NCBI RefSeq assembly: GCF_001194135.2
Contig: NC_069004.1
Location: forward strand, 7,525,913-7,589,129
Direction of reading: 5' to 3'
DNA: 63,217 nucleotides
Source: Octopus bimaculoides
Taxonomy: Eukaryota
A program made the translations under genes and the position numbers. The notes under the pieces were generated by a model. The model was not told the DNA's origin. It did no database searches and saw only the letters and a program-made list of their open reading frames with translations. This document shows, piece by piece, positions 51,129-63,217 of the stretch; position 1 is the stretch's first letter, and each line of letters begins with the position of its first letter.

Positions 51129-52222
51129 AATTTTTTAATTGATAAATAATTATATTATATCATTATAAAATCAGTTTTCTGCAGCTGAATACATAAATCT
51201 TACAATCAAGGACATTTAAAATAATTCATAAATGTAACTTAAAACCACGGTGACATACATATTAAAGAAGGGCCCTTGATCCACTAGCCCCATGAACTTT
51301 TCTTCCTAGTTAATTATATTCTAATTCGTTTACTCATATCTTTACAATGTTTGTGTATTTAAGGCTATTATGACTTGAACGAAACAATTATGTAACAGAT
51401 TAATTTAACACCCTAGGCTTATTAACACCTTATACATTAATTTTATTGATAATCCTTTTCTTCCTAGTAGTATCCACCATACCCGTAGCTTACTTCATGC
51501 ACCTATTTCAACCAAGCTGAAATTACGAATAAATGCTAGCTATAAACGATTAGTCGTCGGTTGACTGATATGAATCTAGTTAATCCTCTCTTTGCCTTTG
51601 TATACTACGAATCATTATAATCCATTCTGGAATATTACATCTTCTTCATTGCTATATCATTATTATAATATGACTTACCTTGCTTGTTACTCAAGTGTTC
51701 TTTAATATATCGTATTTATAATACTCTCTCGAGATTTGACGATTTATAACATATAACGTGAAGCTAATTATTCTATGTCTTTAGAGTATTAATCTATGAT
51801 AGGAAATTTACTCATTCTATTTCTTCTTCGTTTCGTTGGAGTCTTATAAATATGGTTTACTAAATACACCTGTATTTATTCAAGCAAGGCACACAACTAA
51901 ATATTAGATTTTAATAACTGCTGGATGACTGGTGGAGATTGATGGAGATCACGTTTATTTCCAATTTACCTTTTAACTTATGAATCTTTGTAACTTATAC
52001 CAAAATATTACATCTTTAATATTATTGTAAGATGACTTACCTTCTGTTACCCCTTTGTAAATCTGTCAATATATTCATGATCAAAAGATTTATATACTGT
52101 AAAAGCTATTTGCCAACATAATGTGGCTGTCCCGATAATGTGGCTAAGACGATGCTACTGTTGTCTTAGCCCCAAGAAACATCATTTCTAGCTGGCTATA
52201 CGACACCTACCTGTATATATAT

Positions 52223-52270
<48 letters not shown>

Positions 52271-52920
52271 TTCATATACTAGTTGTTACTAAACTTACTT
52301 TGCAGTCTTTCGAAGTTTAGTCGACAAGACAATGAAAAAAGAGTAAAGCTTAAAACTTTCTCTACAAACCAAATAAGTTATTGACTGAAGTCTTGTTGCC
52401 GTTTCATCTCTCTCTCTCTCACACACACTCACTGATGCGCGCACACAGACGCACGCTTTTATATCCAGTAACAAAGTCATAACAGAACAACTGCATTTCT
52501 TTCTTTGTAACTGCAACTCATTTTGTTGCGGGAATACTTAGAAGTGCAATTGTTGCCTAGAAGTATTTTGTGCCTGATACAAGCGTATTATGATGTAAGA
52601 TAAACAGAATTTTATGTATATTCGAATAAAAGACAATACTACAACGTAAGGTTTCCGTAATTATGTAATCATATTTTAACTTACATTTGAGCAAACACTA
52701 ATAACCAGGTAGTATGAGAGGGTATGTGTGATTATGTGAAGGTACGTTTGTATGCATATCCCTATATCTATACATACACACGCTCATATATGAAAATCTC
52801 TCTCTGTCTGAATGACTGTATGTGTGTATCTATGCATTTACGTATACGCCTTTGAGCAGAGTGTGTGGATGTGAATGTGTGCGTATATATATATATTTAA
52901 ACGACGACATATATATATAC

Positions 52921-52988
<68 letters not shown>

Positions 52989-53600
52989 ATATATATATAT
53001 ATATATATATATANNNNNNNNNNNNNNNNNNNNNNNNNNNNNNNNNNNNNNNNNNNNNNNNNNNNNNNNNNNNNNNNNNNNNNNNNNNNNNNNNNNNNNN
53101 NNNNNNNNNNNNNNNNNNNNNNNNNNNNNNNNNNNNNNNNNNNNNNNNNNNNNNNNNNNNNNNNNNNNNNNNNNNNNNNNNNNNNNNNNNNNNNNNNNNN
53201 NNNNNNNNNNNNNNNNNNNNNNNNNNNNNNNNNNNNNNNNNNNNNNNNNNNNNNNNNNNNNNNNNNNNNNNNNNNNNNNNNNNNNNNNNNNNNNNNNNNN
53301 NNNNNNNNNNNNNNNNNNNNNNNNNNNNNNNNNNNNNNNNNNNNNNNNNNNNNNNNNNNNNNNNNNNNNNNNNNNNNNNNNNNNNNNNNNNNNNNNNNNN
53401 NNNNNNNNNNNNNNNNNNNNNNNNNNNNNNNNNNNNNNNNNNNNNNNNNNNNNNNNNNNNNNNNNNNNNNNNNNNNNNNNNNNNNNNNNNNNNNNNNNNN
53501 NNNNNNNNNNNNNNNNNNNNNNNNNNNNNNNNNNNNNNNNNNNNNNNNNNNNNNNNNNNNNNNNNNNNNNNNNNNNNNNNNNNNNNNNNNNNNNNNNNNN

Positions 53601-53868
53601 CTGAGCACTCCACAGACACGTTTACTCTTAACGTAGTTCAGCGTGACACAGTGTGACAAGGCTGACCCTTTGAATTACAGGCACAACAGAAACAGGAAGT
53701 AAGAGTGAGAGAAAGAGTACAGCAGGGTTCGCCACCATCCCCTGCAGGAGCCTCGTGGAGCTTCAGGTGTTTTCGCTCAATAAACACACACAACGACCGG
53801 ACTGGGAATTGAAACCGCGATCCTATGACCGCGAGTCCGCTGCCGTAACCACTGGGCCATTGCACCCC
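53601..53868 (-). mobile_element. SINE family A, 5' part with intact Pol III A and B boxes and two 12-bp deletions
   Basis: Minus-strand A-box TGGCCCAGTGG (53849-53859) and B-box GGTTTCAATTCCC (53804-53816). It emerges from a gap. Confidence 0.9.
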
Positions 53869-54328
53869 ACTACATATATATATATATACACATACATAAA
53901 TATATATATATATATACAGACATACACACATATGTATATATAGATAGATAGATAGAATTATGTATATATATATATATGCATACATACATACATACATATA
54001 TATATATATGTTAATGACCTCTAGGTACGCGATATTTCTTTATACAACCACAACGTACTATATAGCACATTAAACATTTTTATAACTCACCATCGGGCTC
54101 TACTGCGTTGGCAGTGTGCTTTACATCACTTGATATTCTATAGAAATTACATAAATGCTATAGAATATCTGTAGAGATAGCATTAACAAATGGTAAAAGG
54201 CGCACTGATAACACAGTAAAAGACGGTATTGACTTATAAAAAAACGTTTAATACATTCTATTGTGTATCATGGTTCCATAACGAAATCACGTGTACCTAC
54301 AAGTCGTTAATATCTACGTATCAGCTAG

Positions 54329-54405
54329 GCGGCGTGTTGGCAGAAACGTTAAAACGCTGGACGAAATGCATAGCGCTATTTCGTCTGTCTTTACGTTCGG
54401 AGTTT
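54329..54405 (+). mobile_element. SINE family C head only
   Basis: AGGCGGCGTGTTGGCAGAAACGTTA..GGACGAAATGC.TAGCG..TTTCGTCTGTCTTTACGTTCGGAGTT. Confidence 0.7.
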
Positions 54406-55014
54406 GTGTATACACTTGTTCTACCATGGCTTTTGGTGAACTAGTCACGTTCTATTTCGACAAAAGAAAAAATTACTGAGCGGGGAGCGATCTATTTGGA
54501 TAGACCCTTCAACTTAGTGTCTTAGTATGGCCACGGTGCTATGGCTGCAGCGAATCGAAAACAAAAGATGAAAGATATAAGGGGATGTGCAGGTTCTTTT
54601 TTTTTCTAATAATTCCAACGCATCTTTGCAATTGCAACAAGAATAATTTCAATGCTTACAAAAATTTTGTGAAAATCCTTTTATCGATTAAATATAGATA
54701 GCTTAGAAATTAACTGAGCGAATTTCACCTCAACATAAACAACCCACTACCACTACCACTACAGCGACAAAAGTATCACCTTTAACCAGCTTCACCCGAC
54801 TCTTCATTCATCTCTTTTTCCATTCACGCAATAATTTCTCTCAGCTATTCTAGCAACGTTTTATTATAGACGTTGACCTATAAATTTTAAAAACCGAACA
54901 TCAAAAACATTGATTTATACTGTCTGGCACAGTGTGTGAGAGATAAAACTATAGGCTCTTTGAAAATAACACATGTTCACATTACAATACTTACACACCG
55001 TGTGATCTCACGTT

Positions 55015-55415
55015 TATGCATGTATGTATATGTATATTATGTATGTATGCATGTATGCATTCTTGCAAGTATGTGTGCATTTATCAATGTATGTATGTAT
55101 TTGTGTATGTGTTTATGTATGTATGTAGTTATGTATGTATGTAGTTATGTATGTATATATGTATGCATGTATCTATGTATGTGTTTATGTATGTATATAT
55201 GTAAGTATGTATGTATTTGTGAATGTATGTATTTATGTGTGTGTTTATATATGTATGTATTTATATATGTATGTATTTATGTATGTATGCATTTATGTAT
55301 GTGTTTATGTATGTATATATGTATGTATTTATGTATGCATTTATGTATGTATGTATTTATTATGTATGTATGTATATATTTGTGTACATATGTATTTATG
55401 TATGTATATACATGT
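55015..55415. repeat. Degenerate (TATG)n tract
   Basis: About 400 nt of TATG/TGTA variants. Confidence 0.9.
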
Positions 55416-56806
55416 AATTAAGAATGGTGATAATAATGTGCGGTTTGTATGGACGAGATATATTTGCTATGAAATATAGTTTGTCATTTTAATCCATATT
55501 GTTTTTATCTTTTTTCACAACTTTAGATCTTAGATACAGCAGTATATTAAAAAAATAAGTAAAACCAGATGAAAACACAAATGTTTCTTAAGATGTACTA
55601 CGGGGAGGGGGACAAACACAGGCACAAAATCAAAATTCCGAATCAAATGCTGCTGTGCCACAGCACATCAGCAAATAAATTTTACAGTATTTGCAGGTCT
55701 CAGAGTAAAGATTTTTTTCGTTTGGACATGTGCGTTACATACGATACTGATGATCGAAAACGATCGCGAAATATCAATACCTATCCTTCACGCTTATCTT
55801 GCAGGCGAGTTGTCTTGGTTAGTCTTAGATACTTAATATTCTTTAACACTCGGCGTGGCATAGGGATTTTTTCCAAAGATTCTCTCCTGCAGCGTATTAG
55901 AGCTTAAACAAAACACGTACACTATGTATGTCCGACCGATAATATTTAAATCTATATGTAGTTTTACTCATAAGGGTGTATGCAATTATTTATATCTGCT
56001 GGAGTTTCTTCTAAAAAATTATTGTTTGTGATAATTCGTTTGAAAAGCATACTTCGTAAGGCACGTAAATTTTAGTTATGTTTGTGGCAGATGATTGCAG
56101 TATTCGAAACGAAGTAGAGATAAGCTTAGATAAAACATTGCTTCAGACAATGTGGAACCCATCACAATTTTACACATAATATCGTTCGCCTGGGTGGTTT
56201 CAGTATATATTATGTACCACAACGATGTTAATAATCTACATTTTTGCCAATTTGCGAACAATATCCTGCGCAAGCAACGTGAACATATTTCATTTGTGAT
56301 ATTTAAACGAAAGAATCTATCTATCTACCTACCTACTCATAAGCACAGATACAAGCTCACGAATGTTTGAATGCATATTTGTATCTATGTCTATATCCAT
56401 GTGGATGTCTATGTATATATATATATATATACATATACACATATATATATACATATATANNNNNNNNNNNNNNNNNNNNNNNNNNNNNNNNNNNNNNNNN
56501 NNNNNNNNNNNNNNNNNNNNNNNNNNNNNNNNNNNNNNNNNNNNNNNNNNNNNNNNNNNTACATACACATATATTTACAACCATATAGGCATATATATGA
56601 AAGTATATAAACATATGCGTTTGTGTTTGTCTGTACATGACGTCATTTCCAGTAAATCAACTGAAGAGACAGCAATTCCAGTTTAATGGTTTTTCGTTTT
56701 TACTTTTGTTAATGTGTTATTTTACTTTCAAACAATAAATACATACATACATACATATATATTGATATACATATGTATGTATGTATGTATGTATGTATAC
56801 ACACAA

Positions 56807-56868
<62 letters not shown>

Positions 56869-56877
56869 GCATATAAC

Positions 56878-57358
56878 TAGGGTGTTAAGAAACACCTACA
56901 TTGCTAGAAATAAGGGCTAACCCGCTGTAATGATGCAGTTAACGCACATGAATGAAAACTTATACACTGCCAGGGACCATAATCGTGCGAAAAGTGCCGA
57001 TCAAGAATTTTCAATACTGACGTCAGATTTGACAATTTCCGTTGCCTCATCAGTTAAGATCGCTCGATTGTTCGCCTCTTTCCAGAGGCGCTTTACCATT
57101 AGTAATTATGATTTCGTCATCCAAATTATTGGATGGTTTTGGTATTTGCTAATGCACATAAATAAAATTAATATAACCAGCAGTTTGCAATGTTTCACCA
57201 AAAAGGTGAATTATAATTATAATAGGATGTTAGGAAATAACTACATTGCTATAAATAAGAGCTAAACCGTTCTAAAGCTGTAGTTAACGCACATGAATGA
57301 AAATACGCTAACAGGGACCATAACCGTCCGATAACTGCCGATCGAGAATTTTTAATAC
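56878..57358. repeat. Diverged direct repeat of about 140 bp (56878-57017 and 57223-57358)
   Basis: Both copies share CTACATTGCTA.AAATAAG.GCTAA, AGTTAACGCACATGAATGAAAA, CAGGGACCATAA and TGCCGATC.AGAATTTT.AATAC. Confidence 0.8.
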
Positions 57359-57363
57359 ATAAA

Positions 57364-57574
57364 TATAAGGTATACTGAAACGTTCCTGTCTTCTGGTAAA
57401 TGAAAATACAGGAGGATCAGTTAATTATGATTTTATTCAGCATATTCCCCTCTGAGATTCACACAGTTATTACAACGCTCCTTCAATTTATCTAAGTACT
57501 GTAAGAAAAACTGGGCGGCCAACCAGCTTTTCGCAATACCCTTAAAGCCAGGAATATTTCTGCACCTCTTGATA
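57364..57574 (-). mobile_element. Third copy of the mariner-derived MITE
   Basis: GAAAATACAGGAGGATCAGTTAATTATGATTTTATTCA.CATATTCCCCTCT.AGATTCACAC..CCCTTAAAGCCAGGAA is the reverse complement of the 47339 element. Confidence 0.75.
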
Positions 57575-58392
57575 CACACTTCAATTAGCCTACATTGTGA
57601 TTATACGTAAACACTGCTTTGCGCCATTACTTCTTTATTTATCTCGATCGGGTGATCTATTAGCGCAAATAGGTCAACGTATTGACTGAATTATATATAA
57701 AACTACTAGCTTTATTTAGTTCATTCAAAGTTGCCTCTTTTAGGTACATATCATCAAGTGTCAATAAACATCGATGTCTGAGATTCCTGAGAGGTGGCGA
57801 CACTAAGCGAACTGTGTCTTATATATGTATATATATATATATGTATATATATATGTGTGTATATANNNNNNNNNNNNNNNNNNNNNNNNNNNNNNNNNNN
57901 NNNNNNNNNNNNNNNNNNNNNNNNNNNNNNNNNNNNNNNNNNNNNNNNNNNNNNNNNNNNNNNNNNNNNNNNNNNNNNNNNNNNNNNNNNNNNNNNNNNN
58001 NNNNNNNNNNNNNNNNNNNNNNNNNNNNNNNNNNNNNNNNNNNNNNNNNNNNNNNNNNNNNNNNNNNNNNNNNNNNNNNNNNNNNNNNNNNNNNNNNNNN
58101 NNNNNNNNNNNNNNNNNNNNNNNNNNNNNNNNNNNNNNNNNNNNNNNNNNNNNNNNNNNNNNNNNNNNNNNNNNNNNNNNNNNNNNNNNNNNNNNNNNNN
58201 NNNNNNNNNNNNNNNNNNNNNNNNNNNNNNNNNNNNNNNNNNNNNNNNNNNNNNNNNNNNNNNNNNNNNNNNNNNNNNNNNNNNNNNNNNNNNNNNNNNN
58301 NNNNNNNNNNNNNNNNNNNNNNNNNNNNNNNNNNNNNNNNNNNNNNNNNNNNNNNNNNNNNNNNNNNNNNNNNNNNNNNNNNNNNNNNNNNN

Positions 58393-58447
<55 letters not shown>

Positions 58448-58676
58448 GTATATATATATATGTATATATATATATGTATATATATATGTATATATGTATG
58501 TATGCATGTATACAAAATATGGGGGTTTCAAGTGGTCTAAATAATAATATTAATAACATACTAGTGTGTGTGTGTTTTATATTAAATATTTTCCCTTATC
58601 TATTTGTCTTCAAGACGGTTACTGACAACGCGACCACGCCCTTTTAAGTGAAGATAGCTCACGGATTTTTCAGTTT

Positions 58677-58707
<31 letters not shown>

Positions 58708-59329
58708 GCGTGTGTGTGTATAAGTACGTATGCATGTATGTATAAATATGTGTGCGTATATACATATATATGTATTATGTATACATTCATATATAAATAT
58801 GTATGAATGCTTGTAGGTTGGTAGGCACTTCTGTAGGAACATAGGCGGCAGTTAGATAGGCAGATAGATAAGTGTCTGGTGAGATAATTAGGTAGGTATA
58901 AACGTACGATCGTACATACGTAGGTAGTTGGTTAGGCATTTACGTACAGCAGGAAAGAATGCAACAACATAAAAATTCCAAAAGTCTGAAGAACTAAATG
59001 GAGCACTGGAGATTATAAATTATATTTTAGGAGCTGCAATTACAAAATTTGTCACAATTAGTATCTACTTTGAGTAATTTTTCAGCAATCAAGCTGATAA
59101 ATGAAACAGATTTGTATTCATATGTATAATATAAACTATGGAATGCGCTGAATAAACACATTAGCAATACATTAGCAATACAAAACTATTTGATGCAGTA
59201 AGAATGTTATTGTACAATGCTATCGCTTCCTTATACGATTTGCTTTTTGATGTATCACCACAAAACCACTACACACTGAAACTAATGACTGCAGGCTATA
59301 TAATTTCACCTGAAACTAGCATTTGTTTC

Positions 59330-59487
<158 letters not shown>

Positions 59488-59899
59488 TGAGAGTAAGTGA
59501 CATGGTCTATGCATGGGCATGTGTGTATATGTGTGTGCCTGTGGTGAGATGTGCGTGTGAGTGTATGCGTGCCTGTCTGTGCGCGTGCGTGTACTGTACA
59601 ACTAACGGCTTATTTGATTATTATTGATCTTTCCGAAAATTCGTAATATTGAACAAGGCGCTTTATCTAAAGTATGTTTGAAAATTTAAGTTAATATATT
59701 GTACAGAGGTTTGAAGTGGACTGTAGTAGACATGTACCGTTGCAAAATTTATATAAATGTCATTCACATTGAAGTTTCATATTACTACAGTAATATGAAA
59801 ATGCGAAAGACAGGATATGGAAAAATACAATATTTTTATCTTATAATAATTCTGCTCGTCATAATGTTACTCAGCCCGCTAGAGATATAGAAATAGGGA

Positions 59900-60505
59900 A
59901 AGATAGCGTATATGTTCCAGATGCAACTAGTTCCCCACATTTGTTGAGTCAAGCAGAGTTGAATAGCTTAATGCCCGATTTGGAATTACCAAAAGTAAAG
60001 GCAGACTTGCTTGGTTCCAGACTTCAAGAAGGGAATTTTCTCCATCCAAACGCCAAAGCTTCTCATTTCCGGCATCGGCATTTGCAGTTTTCATCATTTT
60101 ACTTATAAGAGGAGAACGCTTGTATCTTACAAAATATCAGTGGTCTGATGGAAAGCATTGGCCTTCGCTATGATCCAAAAGCATGGCGACTGTTCATTGA
60201 CTAGTAAAGCTGGACTGAAAGCTGTATTACTGCACGACGGCAATGAAAAGCCTTGGTCTGTGCTCACTAATTATCTAAGTATGTTTAACATAAAATATGT
60301 CACAGCAAAGTATATTAGACGGCTTTCGTAATAGAAGCAGGCGAGAAAAAATGTGAAAATAGGGGTTTTCGGTCACACAAAACCTGGACGTGATAGAGAA
60401 ATTTAGATATCAGACCTGAAATTAGCATCAGAAATTCTGTAGGAATCAATTGTTTACGTGTCTGTGACTAAAAAAAAAAAAAGTTGAAATTTGTTGCCTA
60501 GTGTA
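59900..60505 (+). pseudogene. Sola2-like DNA transposon remnant, internally deleted
   Basis: PHLLSQAELNSLMPDLELPKVKADLLGSRLQEGNFL..FRHR..ISGLMESIGLRYDPKAWRLFID, then after a frameshift SKAGLKAVLLHDGNEKP, matches the PHL..Q.ELNDL..DL.L.K.KAELLGSRL / WRLFIDSSK.SLKAVLLHNGN motifs. A likely right end is ..AAAGTTGAAATTTGTTGCCTAGTGT. Confidence 0.75.
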
Positions 60506-61404
60506 AATGCAAGTTATATGATTAATTTTTTTATTGTGATTTTATTCTTATTTATTTTGTTTTCTTTATGGATTGATTTTGTTTTCATTTTTTTAATTTC
60601 TTGTTTTTAACCTAATATTTTCCCCTCTGTCTGCTATCGACTTTCGTTACAGCTGTCTCTACCTTCCCATAACAATATTGTTACTGCCGATTCTCCATTC
60701 CATTAAAGCTTCATTTTTTCTTCTAATACTTTACTCCCAATGTTAGAAAGTAATAATAGCCCAATATCAAAGATTTAAGCTGACCATGGGAATAAAGTCC
60801 AATATCAAATTTCAATACACTATCCGGATAGTATTTGACCTGAAGACAATGTAAATGTTTTTGAGTGTGATAACATAATTATACACACTAGAGCTATTAA
60901 CGTTTTTATTACTATCATCTCTCTGATTTCTGGCAATCACATAGTCCTCCCTGTCTTCATTCTTCCATCCTGTGCCTCCTCTCCTCTATTCTTTCTATTC
61001 CTATCTGTCTTTCTTTCTATCTTTATCTTGCCTTTACTTCTCTTCCAATTCATCACTTCTTTTTTACGTTTTTCTATTTATCTCTCTTCCACTCACCTTA
61101 AACATTTTGCTTCTTTTCGCTCCACTTCGCAAGCCTGCATCATCTATTTATCAATTTTTTTTTGTTGGTATTCATCCGAATGTAATAAACTCTAATGAGG
61201 ATTGCGTGAATTCTTTAAGATTGTTCAATTTTTTCAACCGATCAATGGACTGATTGAGTATACGTAACGATTATCGGAAACTGTTGTAAGTTGAATTTAC
61301 TATAATGAAGGAAATATGTAATGACAATTATTTATACGTTGGCTTATAGATGTATGTATGTGTGTGTGTGTGTGTGTGCATGCGCGCGCGTGTGTGTACA
61401 TGTA

Positions 61405-61490
61405 GTTAGCTCTGATGAAGCCATGTGATGTTTCATTGGCACTCAGCTCTGCGATCTCTGTTCACTAAAGTGAAACAGCTGTAAGATAAC
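61405..61490 (+). ncRNA. Type I hammerhead ribozyme fold with canonical core and enlarged, poorly closed stem II
   Basis: GUUAGCU - CUGAUGA (61412-61418) - 53 nt - GAAAC AGCU GUA - AGAUAAC. Stem I has 6 of 7 pairs, stem III is the palindrome ACAGCUGU, and the predicted site is GUA (after 61483). Confidence 0.6.
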
Positions 61491-61654
61491 GAAGGCTATC
61501 AAATATGCCTTAAACATGCACATAAATACATACATGTGCGCTGTTTATTTTGACATGAGACCACCATGTCACGCACATGTCTTCGTTTATTTGTACCCCA
61601 ACGTCAATTTCATGTCAAGTGCTGCTCTCTCATTCAATAATAACGTATGCATGT

Positions 61655-62275
61655 ATCTATCTATGTACGTATATAGATTCTTATAATCCCGGAAGTGATG
61701 ACTAGTTAGCTATGCAGATACGAGGTGGTAGCTTTCCCCGTACTCTCGGGGTGACCCATGCCTTCGAAGGGAAATTAGTTTGACGGCGATAGGGCAGCGT
61801 ACTGTTTGATCTCTGTAATTCAACGATCTCGCCTTCTCACTGTGCTACACTCAAATTATCGTTTCTGCAAAGCTTTCAAATTTCCAAATGAAACTAATGG
61901 CATGTGCTGCTCAGGCGGTAAGGTAAGATTGCAAGCACTACCAGCTCCTTACCGTCTCCTATTGCAACCCATTTCTAGAATGTACCCATTTACCTAGAAT
62001 ATCTCCATTACACCTCCATTCATTTGACTGTCAACCATATGACGGGTCGTGTTAGACGTAGCGCTGACCGCCTCAAAGGAGAGTATTCCACTGAGCTTTT
62101 TGGTTGGTTAGAAAATTACATACCGTCACTCCCAATTTTCCATGATAGATTAGCATTTGGAATCCTCCAATCCTCCGATGTATTACATGTCGATTAGTCG
62201 AATTAGACCGTCATTTACTCCACAAATGTGTTGTCGTCAATGCTGCACATTCCCGATTCACCTGTTTCAAAATAA

Positions 62276-62319
<44 letters not shown>

Positions 62320-62361
62320 CTATACCATTTTAATCCCGAGCGACGCCGGGTGTCTCTGCTA

Positions 62362-62362
<1 letters not shown>
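61655..62362 (+). mobile_element. Non-autonomous Helitron retaining the RepHel N-terminal Cys motif
   Basis: FCKAFKFPNETNGMCCSGGKVRLQALPAP near 61860-61945. The 3' hairpin CCCGAGCGACGCCGGG (62335-62350) is followed by CTAG-T (62359-62363). The 5' boundary is approximate. Confidence 0.8.
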
Positions 62363-62398
<36 letters not shown>

Positions 62399-62553
62399 TA
62401 GATAAACTGCTGCACATCTTAGAGTGTTTCTCCGGATTTATGTTTGAACAAACGATATATATGTTTGTATGTATTTATGTATACATCTATGTATCTATCT
62501 ACCTATATGTATGTATATATATATATGTATGTATGTATATATATATATGTATG

Positions 62554-62652
<99 letters not shown>

Positions 62653-63142
62653 TCTACATACGTTTTGATATGTTTGCGTATGTATGCATGTGTGTGTATG
62701 TACAAATCAATTGAAGAGCAACGAATCTAGACATTAAACCATTAACTTGAGCTACAAGCGTGAATGTAACACTCACGTCATTAGTCTGCTCGATTTATCT
62801 GTCTGGGATTGCTATTCACAAATTTTGGTTGAATAATATACGATGTGCGAAAGCATTTACAATATATAATACATAATATATGATGTAATTTTATAACGTA
62901 TAACGACTGATATAATATATGTATAACGTACACTAATATGATGAAATATATTATATCAATTCGCAGTGTGTGTAGTGATATATAAGATGTCGTATTTAAT
63001 ATCCAGTGTAATATATCTTATGTAATGGGTGATGAGATTCATTATTTAATTTTGCTATATCGTAGGTTTCCAAACTTACTTTGTCAACATTTTATTTCAT
63101 TTCTTTCAGTTTTTCCTGAATCGATATTTCTTAGAAAATGGG

Positions 63143-63217
63143 TTGTTGTTGTTGGCACTCCGTCGCTTACGACGTCGAGGGTTCCAGTTGATCCGATCAA
63201 CGGAACAACCTGCTCGT
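63143..63217 (-). mobile_element. SINE family A 3' tail, cut by the window end
   Basis: (TTG)n then GGCACTCCGTCGCTTACGACGTCGAGGGTTCCAGTTGATCCGATCAACGGAAC. Confidence 0.9.

Noticed and set aside
55743-55780. CUGAUGA..GAAAUAUC hammerhead-like string
   Set aside because: Stem I has only 2 of 5 pairs and a competing GAUCG/CGAUC hairpin consumes the core.

Overview
AT-rich eukaryotic nuclear DNA with about 18 N-gaps, dense microsatellites and no convincing host exon, so it is probably intergenic or deep intronic. The repeat families resemble those I recall from octopus/coleoid cephalopod genomes (inference, no search run). Almost all ORFs in the supplied track are artefacts of gaps or microsatellites. 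Three tRNA-derived SINE families dominate: A (young, CAA-tailed), B (CORE-like domain with an internal microsatellite) and C (Meta-like domain, often in head-to-tail arrays). There are also decayed remnants of mariner, Sola2, Helitron, R4/Dong, RTE and LINE ORF1. Highlights: (1) four structurally supported type I hammerhead ribozyme folds of different sequence families (7162, 37528, 49053, 61405) plus two weaker ones, of the kind carried by Penelope-like elements and retrozymes, with no RT gene nearby; (2) an old mitochondrial nad5 insertion (NUMT) at about 6.07-6.53 kb; (3) an in-frame junction of a LINE ORF1 RRM-like segment to a mariner catalytic domain; (4) same-orientation SINE arrays made of different subfamilies, and domain-shuffled SINE chimeras.
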